A stretch of 64,000 nt of DNA from Polyangiaceae bacterium (GTDB lineage Bacteria > Myxococcota_A > Polyangia > Polyangiales > Polyangiaceae). The position numbers and the translations under genes were made by a program. The stretch spans positions 1,056,001-1,120,000 of the forward strand of contig CBDCTZ010000016.1 of assembly GCA_965222375.1 (NCBI GenBank). Reading direction: 5' to 3'. This document shows, piece by piece, positions 30,056-48,682 of the stretch. Below the pieces are notes generated by a model, which was not told where the DNA came from, did no database searches, and saw nothing but the letters and a program-made list of their open reading frames with translations. The number at the start of each line of letters is the position of its first letter. Positions within the stretch are counted from its first letter, which is position 1.

Positions 30056-31261
30056 GTGGCACTCAAAGAATTCCAGCTCTTAGCCCTCATCGGCGTCGGC
30101 ACGATCATTGCGGGTTGCGGTGCCGCCGCGCCTGCCGGCCCTGCCGATGGGCCTTATCGGGTGCGAGCGCGCTCTGGCGAGGTGCAGACGCTGCCGCGAA
30201 CGGTGATCACCCCGGACGGCGCAACCGACGTCCCCGAGTTGTACAGGGAGGGGCGCCGCCTGCTGGACTCGGGAGACGCTGCTGGTGCAGCGAAATACTT
30301 CGAACGCATCATTGCCGTAGAGCCTGACGGAGAACTAGCACCGGACGCGCTCTACCTCGGAGCCCAGGCTCGAGAGCAAGCGGGCGATCGCGAAGCGGCC
30401 CTGCGCTTGTTCGAGCAGCTGGCTCGACGCTTCCCGAATCACGCCTTGGGTCGTGAAGCCATGATCCGCGCGATGCGGTTGTTGGTGTTCATGGAACGCT
30501 GGCAGCGGGCGGAAGCGCTGGCGGACCAGGTGCTCTCCAAGAAGCGCGACCTCAGCCCTCGCCAAGAAATCGTTGCCCTGAGCAGCAAAGCCTTGGGTTT
30601 GCTGGCCCGGCGTGACGTTGACGCCGCCAGCTTCAACGTCGAGAAAGCGCGCAACGTGATTGAAGCGAACCGGTTGGATGCGGCCGGTGCCATCCCCCGG
30701 GATCTGGCACAGACCTACTATGCCCTCGGTGAAATCCGGCGCTTGAGGGCTGAGCGCATCAAGTTCGTTCCCGTGCCTGCAAACTTCGGTGTCGTTCTGG
30801 AGCAGCGCTGCCAATTGCTTTTGGATTCCCAGCGGGCCTATTCGGACACGATGCGCGCCTATGATGCCCACTGGTCCGCGATGGCAGGTTATCGGGTCGG
30901 GGAGCTATACAAGCGACTCCACGACGACCTGATGGCGATTCCACGACCCAAGGCCGCGGATACCGAGGAGCGGCAGCAATTGTTCGAGGGCGCCATGCGC
31001 CTGCGCTACGCAGTGCTTCTGGACAAGGCCCTGGCGATGATGGAGCACACCCTCAGCATGGCCAAACGCACCGGGGAGCGCTCCGAATGGGTGCTCCGCG
31101 CCAAGCGCGCCAAACAGGATCTGGAAAAGGCTCGGCGGGCGGAAAACGCGGCTATCGACCGCCTGCCCTACACCCGGGCCCAGCTGCGGCAAGCCCTCGA
31201 CGACTTGGCCGCAAAAAGCAAGGCAAAGGCGGTCACGAACCCCCAAAAAGCCCGTAATTAG
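30056..31261 (+). CDS. TPR-containing lipoprotein
   Basis: Lipobox IAGC; TPR motifs 'A.DALY.GA', 'A...F..L..RFP'; start codon uncertain. Confidence 0.75.
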   Translation: MALKEFQLLALIGVGTIIAGCGAAAPAGPADGPYRVRARSGEVQTLPRTVITPDGATDVPELYREGRRLLDSGDAAGAAKYFERIIAVEPDGELAPDALYLGAQAREQAGDREAALRLFEQLARRFPNHALGREAMIRAMRLLVFMERWQRAEALADQVLSKKRDLSPRQEIVALSSKALGLLARRDVDAASFNVEKARNVIEANRLDAAGAIPRDLAQTYYALGEIRRLRAERIKFVPVPANFGVVLEQRCQLLLDSQRAYSDTMRAYDAHWSAMAGYRVGELYKRLHDDLMAIPRPKAADTEERQQLFEGAMRLRYAVLLDKALAMMEHTLSMAKRTGERSEWVLRAKRAKQDLEKARRAENAAIDRLPYTRAQLRQALDDLAAKSKAKAVTNPQKARN

Positions 31262-31360
31262 CCGCCATCCCTCAAACCCGCGATCGGGTGGGTCTTCCGC
31301 GACCGCATTGAGGAAATACTGATAGAAATTCCAGTGCTTGGAGGGCGGTACGCTTCCTGC

Positions 31361-31389
31361 TTGACAGGTCCCCGAGCTGGCGCTACCAC
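31361..31389 (+). promoter_or_regulatory. sigma70 promoter of the tRNA-tuf operon
   Basis: TTGACA-17 bp-TACCAC followed by a GC-rich discriminator GCGCGTCCC. Confidence 0.6.
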
Positions 31390-31556
31390 GCGCGTCCCGC
31401 CCGGCACCCGTCTGTCCGCTCCAGCTGCCCTCTTGGCTGCCTCGTGAGTGCGACTGGAAGGGGTGTCTGCGGACAATGCTCAACGAGCGGTTCAGTGAAG
31501 ATGCTTCATGCACAGACAAAAGAAAAGACGGGAATCATGTCGTGCATGAGGTGCAC

Positions 31557-31629
31557 GCTGGCGTAGCTCAATTGGTAGAGCACCTGTTTTGTAAACAGGC
31601 GGTTGGGGGTTCAAGTCCCTTCGCCAGCT
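31557..31629 (+). tRNA. tRNA-Thr(TGT)
   Basis: Cloverleaf GCTGGCG/CGCCAGC; anticodon loop TTTGTAA; TTCAA T-loop. Confidence 0.95.
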
Positions 31630-31659
31630 CTGAGGAGAATTAACGAGAGGTTCTTATAA

Positions 31660-31742
31660 GGAGGGTTGCCCGAGTGGCCAAAGGGAGCGGGCTGTAAACC
31701 CGCCGGCTTACGCCTACGTTGGTTCAAATCCAACACCCTCCA
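31660..31742 (+). tRNA. tRNA-Tyr(GTA)
   Basis: GGAGGGT/ACCCTCC acceptor stem; loop CTGTAAA; long variable arm. Confidence 0.95.
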
Positions 31743-31777
31743 CTAAGCAATAGAGAAACGAAAAAGGATAGGGAATC

Positions 31778-31853
31778 GCGGGAGTAGCTCAGTTGGTAGA
31801 GCGTCAGCCTTCCAAGCTGAATGTCGCGGGTTCGACCCCCGTCTCCCGCTCCA
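31778..31853 (+). tRNA. tRNA-Gly(TCC)
   Basis: GCGGGAG/CTCCCGC acceptor stem; loop CTTCCAA; encoded CCA. Confidence 0.95.
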
Positions 31854-31862
31854 AGTCAAATC

Positions 31863-31935
<73 letters not shown>

Positions 31936-32068
31936 CAGAGCGAGAAGAAGAACAAGGAAGACCACTAGGAAAGACCGAACAATCTAGATTCCGGCGACAA
32001 AGGCGCCAGACGGAAAGTTCGGTTCGCTGAAGGGCAAAGCCCCAACGCACCACGGAGCGAAGAAGACA

Positions 32069-33259
<1,191 letters not shown>

Positions 33260-33262
33260 CCC

Positions 33263-33436
33263 GTGGTTCGAAAAGAGGGTGCTTCCCTCCGCGCGCGAGT
33301 CGCTCTGAGTTGCGAGCAATGCAAGGCCCGCAATTACAAGGCGACCCGGCCCCAGCGAGATGGAAGCACTCCTCTAGAACTCAAGAAATTCTGCAAGCAC
33401 TGCAAAGCACACACAATCCACAGAGAATCGAAGTGA
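33263..33436 (+). CDS. rpmG: 50S ribosomal protein L33 (Zn-binding form); missing from the ORF track
   Basis: ...RARVALSCEQCKARNY...LELKKFCKHCKAHTIHRESK; canonical position between tuf and tRNA-Trp. Confidence 0.92.
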   Translation: MVRKEGASLRARVALSCEQCKARNYKATRPQRDGSTPLELKKFCKHCKAHTIHRESK

Positions 33437-33468
33437 AATAGCGAGCACTCCACCTTGGGTGCTCATTC

Positions 33469-33541
33469 AGGGGCGTAGCTCAGTTGGTAGAGCAGCGGAT
33501 TCCAAATCCGCGGGCCGGGAGTTCGAGTCTCTCCGCCCCTG
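33469..33541 (+). tRNA. tRNA-Trp(CCA)
   Basis: AGGGGCG/CGCCCCT acceptor stem; loop TTCCAAA. Confidence 0.95.
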
Positions 33542-33574
33542 CCCGGAGGAACCTCCGCCGCGAGAAATCGACCG

Positions 33575-34309
33575 ATGACCAAGAAGGAAACAGACGACAG
33601 CGAAGAGCTCGACACGGAAAGCGAAGATCGCGATTCCGTGGACGAAACCGACGCGGCGGACGACGCTGCGGAGGGCTCCGTGCGCGCGTCAGATTCCGAC
33701 GAGGACGAGGACGAAGACGACGCGGACGAGGACGACACTGACTCGGACGACGACGCCGATGAAGACGGTGCCGACGACGACGCGGATGATTCCGACGAGG
33801 AAGACGACGCGGAGAAGCAATTCCACGCGGCCGCGGCCGACAAGGCCGTGAACAGGGCTGCGGCTCCCACGGGGGAGAGCGAAGTTCCGACGCACCTCGG
33901 TGCCGCGCAGAAGTACGTGCATGCCGCCTTCTTCGCTTCCGGCATTCTGGTCGCCTATCTGTCTGGCAAGATCCTGCAGGCCGCGTGGAACGAGATTGCG
34001 GAATGGCCGGCAGCCGTGCGCGCCGTTCCCTTCCTGCTGCGCTTCGCAGAAGACGATCGCGCAAACTACACGCTACTCGCCGGTGCTCTCATCGGCGTGA
34101 TTGCTGTCATTCAAACGTATCGCAAAGAAGCAATTCGGCAGTGGGCCAACGACGTGGCGGGCGAGCTCGCTAAAGTGACTTGGCCCAACAAGGACACGGT
34201 GACGAACGGCACGGTGGTCGTAGTGATCGCCACCCTCATCTCCACCACCTATATCGGCCTGCTGGATCGCTTGTGGGGATTCTTGACCAACCTGGTGTAC
34301 GGCGCATGA
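33575..34309 (+). CDS. secE: Preprotein translocase SecE with a long acidic N-terminal extension
   Basis: V..ELAKVTWP motif, 3 TM helices, position before nusG. Confidence 0.92.
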   Translation: MTKKETDDSEELDTESEDRDSVDETDAADDAAEGSVRASDSDEDEDEDDADEDDTDSDDDADEDGADDDADDSDEEDDAEKQFHAAAADKAVNRAAAPTGESEVPTHLGAAQKYVHAAFFASGILVAYLSGKILQAAWNEIAEWPAAVRAVPFLLRFAEDDRANYTLLAGALIGVIAVIQTYRKEAIRQWANDVAGELAKVTWPNKDTVTNGTVVVVIATLISTTYIGLLDRLWGFLTNLVYGA

Positions 34310-34998
34310 ACGAACCGGAAACAGAAAACGTGACCACCCAAGGTAATGGGTCTGGCGACACAGCCACGCCGAGCGACGCTCCGGCAGAAGCGACGGTGGA
34401 GGGCGAAGTGCAAGCCACTGAAGCCGAGCTACCCGAAGGGGAAGCGGGCGAGGCTGTGCCGAAGAACCCTGACTTCAAATGGTACGTGGCGACGACCTAC
34501 TCGGGCTTCGAGAACAAGGTCAAAGCGGCCTTGGCTGAACGAATCCGCCAGCATCGGGCCGAAGACAAGTTTGGGGAAATCCTGATCCCGAGCGAGTCGG
34601 TCACGGAGCAGACGAAGACTGGCAAAACCCGCGTCAAGACCAAGACCAGCTTCCCTGGCTACGTCTTCGTCGAGATGTTGATGAACGAGAACACCTGGCA
34701 CCTGGTCAAGGACACACCCAAGGTGACTGGTTTCATCGGCAATCAGCGTCCCCAAGAGGTCAAGCCGCCTCACATCGAGGATTTGCGCCGAGGCATCACC
34801 GAGGGTGCCGTCAAGCCCAAGCCCCGCCATCGCTTCCAAGAGGGCGACGAAGTGCGCGTGGTCGTGGGCGCATTCGCGAACTTTTCCGGCACGGTCCAGG
34901 AAGTGAAGCCGGACAAACAAAAGCTCAAGGTCATGGTCAGCATCTTCGGCCGACCCACCCCTGTCGAGCTCGACTTCTCCCACGTGGAGAAACGCTAA
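34306..34998 (+). CDS. nusG: Transcription termination/antitermination factor NusG
   Basis: WYV..YSGFE, FPGYVFV, KOW motif and [11 protein letters not shown]. Confidence 0.97.
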   Translation: MNEPETENVTTQGNGSGDTATPSDAPAEATVEGEVQATEAELPEGEAGEAVPKNPDFKWYVATTYSGFENKVKAALAERIRQHRAEDKFGEILIPSESVTEQTKTGKTRVKTKTSFPGYVFVEMLMNENTWHLVKDTPKVTGFIGNQRPQEVKPPHIEDLRRGITEGAVKPKPRHRFQEGDEVRVVVGAFANFSGTVQEVKPDKQKLKVMVSIFGRPTPVELDFSHVEKR

Positions 34999-35034
34999 AA
35001 CCGGGCGCCGCCCCGCTGAACGAGAGTCAAACCG

Positions 35035-35484
35035 ATGGCTGCCTCCAAGAAAAAGATCTCAGGTTTCATCAAGCTGCAACTGCCTGCCGGCAAGGCCAAC
35101 CCCTCGCCGCCAGTCGGTCCCGCGTTGGGCCAGCACGGCGTCAACATCATGGGGTTCTGCAAGGACTTCAACGCTCGCAGCGCCAAGCTCGGCGACACGA
35201 TCTTGCCGGTCGTGATCACTGTATACGCAGACCGCTCCTACACCTTCATCATGAAGCAGCCGCCGGCGAGCGTGCTGGTGAAGAAGGCCGCTGGGCTGCC
35301 CACTTCGAAGAAGCCGGGTGCCGGGTCCAAGGAGCCGAACAAGATCAAGGTCGGCAAGCTGACCTGGGATCAAGTTCGCGAAGTCGCGAAAGAGAAGATG
35401 CAGGACATGAATACGACCGATATCGAAGCGGCCGCTCGCAGCATTGCGGGTACCGCTCGAAGCATGGGGGTCGACGTCCGCTGA
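35035..35484 (+). CDS. rplK: 50S ribosomal protein L11
   Basis: [18 protein letters not shown]. Confidence 0.98.
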   Translation: MAASKKKISGFIKLQLPAGKANPSPPVGPALGQHGVNIMGFCKDFNARSAKLGDTILPVVITVYADRSYTFIMKQPPASVLVKKAAGLPTSKKPGAGSKEPNKIKVGKLTWDQVREVAKEKMQDMNTTDIEAAARSIAGTARSMGVDVR

Positions 35485-35543
35485 AACTTACTGGAACGGC
35501 GGTTTCACTTCCGAAACTCGGCGCTCTCCAGGAGCCAAAAAAC

Positions 35544-36260
35544 ATGGCGAAGAAACAACCAAAAAAGAGACAGGAAGCGCTCGCGAAGATTGATCGTGAC
35601 AAGCGCTACACCGTCGAGGAGGCAGTCGGCCTGGTCAAGGGCGCTGCCTACGCGAAGTTCAAGGAAAGCGTGGACATTGCGGTACGCCTCGGCGTCAACC
35701 CCAAGCACGCGGATCAAATGGTCCGTGGCGCAATCATGCTGCCAAACGGCACGGGCAAGAGCGTTCGCGTTCTCGTCTTCGCCCGCGGCGACAAAGAGAA
35801 GGAAGCGCTCGCAGCGGGCGCGGACTTCGCAGGTGCCGACGAGCTCGTCAAGAAGGTCCAAGAGGGCTTCATGGACTTCGACCGCGTCATTGCCACACCG
35901 GACATGATGGGTCAGGTCGGCAAGCTAGGTCGAGTCTTGGGTCCCCGGGGCCTGATGCCGAACCCCAAGGTAGGAACCGTCACTGTGGACGTGACCAATG
36001 CGGTCAAGGAAGCCAAGGCGGGCAAGGTCGAGTATCGCGTGGACAAGGCCGGCGTCGTGCACTGCCGGATTGGCCAAGTGACCTTCGAGCCGGATGCGCT
36101 GGCAGCCAATGCCCACGCCCTGGTTCGTGAGCTCGTCGTGCGCAAGCCTGCGACCGCCAAGGGCATCTATCTGCGCAGCATCACGCTATCCAGCACCATG
36201 GGCCCCGGCATTCGCGTCGATACGGGCTCCGTGTCGTCTACAGCCGAGGAGGCGCACTGA
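35544..36260 (+). CDS. rplA: 50S ribosomal protein L1
   Basis: [11 protein letters not shown] and SSTMGP motifs. Confidence 0.98.
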   Translation: MAKKQPKKRQEALAKIDRDKRYTVEEAVGLVKGAAYAKFKESVDIAVRLGVNPKHADQMVRGAIMLPNGTGKSVRVLVFARGDKEKEALAAGADFAGADELVKKVQEGFMDFDRVIATPDMMGQVGKLGRVLGPRGLMPNPKVGTVTVDVTNAVKEAKAGKVEYRVDKAGVVHCRIGQVTFEPDALAANAHALVRELVVRKPATAKGIYLRSITLSSTMGPGIRVDTGSVSSTAEEAH

Positions 36261-36784
36261 TGTTGCGCGAGCGTAAGACCGAGCAAATCGGCGAGATCAA
36301 AGAGCGCTTCGACCAGATGAGCTCGGCGGTCTTCGTGGATTACTCCGGAATGACCGTGGAAGAGGTCAGCAAGTTGCGTGACCATTTCCGCACCAAGGGC
36401 GTGCTCTACCGAGTGGTGAAAAACACCTTGGTCAAGAAGGCCCTGGGCGACGGCATGGCTCCAGGCATGGACGACGTGCTCAAGGGCATGACGGGTGTGG
36501 CGTGGAGCTTTGAAGAGCCCAGCGCCGCAGCACGAGTCGTCAAGGCATTCCGCAAGGAAAACGAGAAGCTCAAGATCAAAGCTGGGCTCCTCGACGGCAC
36601 GGTCCTCGATGCGAAGGCCGTGGAAAACCAGCTTGCACTTCTCCCCAGCAAGGACGAAGCGCGCGCAACCCTGTTGGCGACACTCATGGCGCCGGCACAA
36701 CAGTTGGTGATGTTGCTCAACGCCCCCGCGCAGAACTTCGCGGGCCTGCTCGCCGCAAAACAACGGCAAGCCGAGGGTGGTTGA
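36260..36784 (+). CDS. rplJ: 50S ribosomal protein L10
   Basis: DYSGMTV, VVKNTL and LPSKDE motifs. Confidence 0.96.
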   Translation: MLRERKTEQIGEIKERFDQMSSAVFVDYSGMTVEEVSKLRDHFRTKGVLYRVVKNTLVKKALGDGMAPGMDDVLKGMTGVAWSFEEPSAAARVVKAFRKENEKLKIKAGLLDGTVLDAKAVENQLALLPSKDEARATLLATLMAPAQQLVMLLNAPAQNFAGLLAAKQRQAEGG

Positions 36785-36877
36785 GTTTCTAGTTTTGGAT
36801 TTTTTTGATTTTCGGCGCGGGTGACAAGCCCACGGCGATTGATAGCTCAAGCCTCATGAGGCAAGACGGAGATAAAA

Positions 36878-37258
36878 ATGGCTGAGATTACTAAGGATCA
36901 GGTGGTCGATTACCTTTCCAACCTACCGGTCATCCAGATCGCGGAGTTGGTGAAGGAGCTCGAGGACAAGTGGGGCGTTAGCGCGGCACCGGTGGCCGTC
37001 GCAGGCGCTGCTGCTCCGGCCGAGGGCGGAGCTGCTGCAGAGGAGCAGACGGAGTTCGACGTCATCTTGGCGGAGGCCGGTGCAAGCAAGATCAACGTGA
37101 TCAAAGCAGTACGCGAAATCACCGGACTCGGACTGAAGGAGGCCAAGGACCTCGTCGAGGGTGCGCCCAAGGCGATCAAGGAAGCCGTCTCCAAGGAAGA
37201 GTGTGAAGAGGTCAAGAAGAAGCTCGAAGCAGCTGGCGCCAAGGTCGAGGTCAAGTGA
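36878..37258 (+). CDS. rplL: 50S ribosomal protein L7/L12
   Basis: EEQTEFDV and [12 protein letters not shown] motifs. Confidence 0.98.
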   Translation: MAEITKDQVVDYLSNLPVIQIAELVKELEDKWGVSAAPVAVAGAAAPAEGGAAAEEQTEFDVILAEAGASKINVIKAVREITGLGLKEAKDLVEGAPKAIKEAVSKEECEEVKKKLEAAGAKVEVK

Positions 37259-37431
37259 GGCGATGGGCTGGTCGTTTGGAGCGGGAGTTCCGCTCCGGCG
37301 TCTGCCCTGAATAGAGCGTTTACTTGACTCGAATCCAAGAGTGTTTGCCCGCAAATTGCGAGCGTGACGGTGACGACGCCCCACGAAGGGTGAGGTGCGT
37401 CGTCAGCGTCGTTTTGTTTTGAGGAGCGATC

Positions 37432-41568
<4,137 letters not shown>

Positions 41569-41600
41569 TTCGGTAATCGTGAGTATCGGAGGCCTTTATC

Positions 41601-45863
<4,263 letters not shown>

Positions 45864-45886
45864 GCACTCCGTCAAGTTGTGCTCAG

Positions 45887-45925
45887 CGCGGGATTCGGCT
45901 CAGCCGAGTCCCGCGTTTCTCTTTT
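45887..45925 (+). terminator. Intrinsic terminator after rpoC
   Basis: CGCGGGATTCGGCT-C-AGCCGAGTCCCGCG hairpin followed by TTTCTCTTTT. Confidence 0.85.
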
Positions 45926-46006
45926 GTTACGGATTGTTTTTTGGGGTCGGGTCATTGGGGCACGGGGGGCCACTACTCTCGACATGGGCCAGGCGTTGGC
46001 CTGGGT

Positions 46007-46152
46007 GCGAGCTTCGCGGGCGTGGGCGCAGGCGTGTGCGTGGGCGCGAGGGCGTGCGCGGGCGTGGGCGTGAGGGCGAGCGCGGGCGCGAGAGTGAGCG
46101 AACCGTTGGCGGCGCGACTTCGCCGTCGTACTACTCGTACTCGTACTCGTAG
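46007..46152. repeat. Degenerate GC-rich short-unit array followed by a (TACTCG)n tract
   Basis: GCGTGG/GCGCGG/GCGAG units at 46007-46100; TACTCGTACTCGTACTCG near 46132-46149. Confidence 0.75.
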
Positions 46153-46167
46153 TGGATCGTCCTCCGC

Positions 46168-46458
46168 TGGTGAACTTGATTCTGCCGTCGTGCTCGGCGG
46201 TGTCCAGGCCGGAGCCGGCTTCGCCGGTGGCTGCTTCGCAGCCAGCCTGGACTCCGCCTGTCCCCCGTCGGGGATTCCCCAGGGCCTCGCGCGCCGGCGG
46301 GCGTGAGAGCGTGGGTGGGCGTGAGAGTGGCGGTGAACGTTTGCTTTCCTCTTGGTGAGTTTGATTCTGCCGGCGTGCTCGGTCAGTTCAAGGCCTTCGC
46401 CGGCTTCGCCGGTGGCTGCTTTGCAGCCAGCCTTGAGCTGACCTCTGCGCGCCGGCGG
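46168..46458. repeat. Two copies of a ~90-nt structured element (three-way junction)
   Basis: Copies at 46168-46258 and 46353-46443; 14-bp closing stem with compensatory changes plus two inner hairpins. Confidence 0.85.
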
Positions 46459-46512
46459 ATGGGTGGGTGTGTTCTTGGGATCGCTCGGAAGGGCGCGGAA
46501 AGGAAATCACCC

Positions 46513-46836
46513 ATGCTACGTATCTATCCAGTCTGTATTGAAGTGTCTCGGTTGGTTCGACCTTTGGCGGATCGGGTGGCGCAGTTTGATCGTGCTCAGG
46601 CGCTGCAGTTGCGGAAGTCTTGCGGGGCTATCATCAACAACGTGGCGGAAGGCTCGGGGCTCAGAGCGGGGCGGCGAAGGCTCGCCTACGAAATCGCCCT
46701 GGGCGAGGCTCGCGAGACGCTCGCGAATCTCGAGGCGGCTGCAGCCATGGACTACGTCCCAGCCATCGCTCCAGAACTGAGGGCGCGCTTCAATCACATC
46801 ATCGGCACGTTGGTTCGAATCGTCCACCCGACCTGA
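46513..46836 (+). CDS. Four-helix-bundle protein (23S rRNA IVP / Avd-like family)
   Basis: AGGA RBS; 'QLRKS..AI.NNVAEG....G......Y.IA.GEA.E' family motif. Confidence 0.85.
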   Translation: MLRIYPVCIEVSRLVRPLADRVAQFDRAQALQLRKSCGAIINNVAEGSGLRAGRRRLAYEIALGEARETLANLEAAAAMDYVPAIAPELRARFNHIIGTLVRIVHPT

Positions 46837-46968
46837 GTGCGGGGCGCGAAAGCGGCTGCACCAGGTTGCGCTCTCGCGTTCATACTGTGTGAGCGCGGAG
46901 CGCTCGCTTGGGGCGGAAGCAGGCGCGAGCTTCGCGTGCGTGGGCGCGAAGGCGAGCGCGGGCGTGAG

Positions 46969-46993
46969 CTTATAAGTCTAACTTAGACATAAG
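46969..46993. promoter_or_regulatory. Palindromic operator of the TA operon
   Basis: CTTAT-AA-GTCTAA-C-TTAGAC-ATAAG ends 2 nt before the antitoxin ATG. Confidence 0.6.
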
Positions 46994-46995
46994 AT

Positions 46996-47295
46996 ATGTC
47001 CTGGAAGGTTGGCGCTGCGAAACAGCAGTTTTCGGAAGTGCTGCGCCGCGCTGCGGAGGAGCCTCAGCTCATCCATAATCGGGATCGGCTCGTGGGTGTG
47101 GTGCTCGGGCCGGAAGACACGGCGCTGTTCCTAGCTTGGCGCGAGCGCAAGCAGGCGGCGTTGGTGGAGTCCTTGCGCGAAGCGCGCACGATCTGTTCTG
47201 AGGAGCGCTACTCCTTCAGGCCGCCGCCACGCAGCGATCGCGAAAACCCGACGCTCCGAGTCGCAGATGCTCGTGGACACAAACGTCATAAGTGA
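46996..47295 (+). CDS. Phd/YefM-family antitoxin
   Basis: W.V..AK..FSEVL..A..EPQ.I..R N-terminus; overlaps the toxin gene. Confidence 0.82.
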   Translation: MSWKVGAAKQQFSEVLRRAAEEPQLIHNRDRLVGVVLGPEDTALFLAWRERKQAALVESLREARTICSEERYSFRPPPRSDRENPTLRVADARGHKRHK

Positions 47296-47659
47296 GCTGA
47301 TGCGCCCGAACCCGAGCGGCGTAGTGCTGGCTTGGGCGGAGCGCCAGGAGGATTTCAGTTTGAGTGTGATCTGCCTGGAAGAGATCGTGTTCGGCCTGCA
47401 AGCGCGTTCCAGTCCACGACTGTCAAAGTGGTTCGACGAATTCGTCGCGAACCACTGCGAGCTTCTACCTGTCACCGCCGCAGTTGCCCGCCGTTGCGCA
47501 ACGCTTCGCGGGCAGTTGCGTGCTCGCGGCCAGCAGCGCACCCAGGCAGACGGACTGATCGCCGCGACTGCATACGAGTATGGACTTGCGCTGGCAACCC
47601 GCAATGTCCGGGACTTCGAGGGCTGTGGGATCCCCCTCTTGAACCCTTTCGAAGGCTAG
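47267..47659 (+). CDS. vapC: PIN-domain toxin VapC
   Basis: LVDTNVISE, DGLIAATA and TRNVRDF motifs. Confidence 0.92.
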   Translation: MLVDTNVISELMRPNPSGVVLAWAERQEDFSLSVICLEEIVFGLQARSSPRLSKWFDEFVANHCELLPVTAAVARRCATLRGQLRARGQQRTQADGLIAATAYEYGLALATRNVRDFEGCGIPLLNPFEG

Positions 47660-47749
47660 CCTGGGATTTCGAGCCGACGCGCAGAAGGCACGACGCGCGG
47701 GCACGAGCTGCCCGTTGGCGCGAGCGTCCGCCCGCGCAAGCACCGCATG

Positions 47750-47845
47750 AGGTCGCACTCGTATTCGTACTCGTACGCACCCGACCGGGCTCGAGAGAGG
47801 CCCCATGCTCGGAGCGTGTACGGTTCCCAGTCGCGCTCGTAGTGC
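47750..47845. repeat. Degenerate (TACTCG)-like tract after the TA pair
   Basis: GCACTCGTATTCGTACTCGTACGCAC, like the tract near 46130. Confidence 0.55.
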
Positions 47846-47965
47846 GGATCATGCACGGCCCAGGCCCCACCGCTTTGGGCTGCCAATTTCAATTCTTCGA
47901 GCGTAGTATCGTTTTCACGCGGCTCAGACAACCACCTCATCCACCTGAGATTCGCGCGGAGGCAG

Positions 47966-48433
47966 ATGGGCCGATTTGGACGCAAGCTGGCTCGCCAGCA
48001 TCAACCGAAACCAATTGCGACGGAGTTTGTCAAGCCGATCGAACGCTTGAGACAATCAACCATTGACGCCGAAGATCTCGACGAGCCATGGAGTCTGTTT
48101 CATGACGAGCTCGTGCCGACGCCGGGTTTTCAAATGGCTGGCGCCCGAGCCAAGAACCCAACCCTCGCCCAGGTGATTCAGGCCAGCGCGCAGCGCGTGG
48201 ATTCCAGCTGCACGGTGAATAGGACTCTGATGATCCAACTCGGTGACCTCTGGCACGGCATGGCAGAAAGCTCCTCCGGCCCGGTCGTGTTCTACTACTT
48301 CGAAACGCAGGACATCGGTCTGCTCGGGTTCCTGGGAAAGAGCGGCTCGCGCCTGGTTCGGTTTTCGGTGGTCGCCCTTGACGAGCCGACACCGGGCGGG
48401 CTCGGCGGCGCTGGCGACCCCGGAGCTGCATGA
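47966..48433 (+). CDS. Hypothetical protein
   Basis: GGAGG RBS; globular-looking 155-aa ORF. Confidence 0.6.
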   Translation: MGRFGRKLARQHQPKPIATEFVKPIERLRQSTIDAEDLDEPWSLFHDELVPTPGFQMAGARAKNPTLAQVIQASAQRVDSSCTVNRTLMIQLGDLWHGMAESSSGPVVFYYFETQDIGLLGFLGKSGSRLVRFSVVALDEPTPGGLGGAGDPGAA

Positions 48434-48682
48434 GTGGTTGTCTTCTCGACCATGACGAGCTCTACGAGGTTTTGGCTAGGGCTCCCGCGTACAACTAGAG
48501 AAAGAACCGAAGCGTTGGATCTCCAACGCTTCCTCGAGAGTCACGGGTCTGCCAACCGCACGGTGCGCGACTGTGGGATAGCCACCGACACCGGCTGCGC
48601 GATCTCATACCACCACGCCGCCGCACCTGGAGCGCCTCAGTTCCGAGTGGTAGGCTTCAGTCCACACTTGGGGAGAATCGCA

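Noticed and set aside
46513..46836. Diversity-generating retroelement
   Set aside because: An Avd-like gene is present, but there is no reverse transcriptase and no TR/VR pair differing at adenines; the duplicated element differs by compensatory changes.
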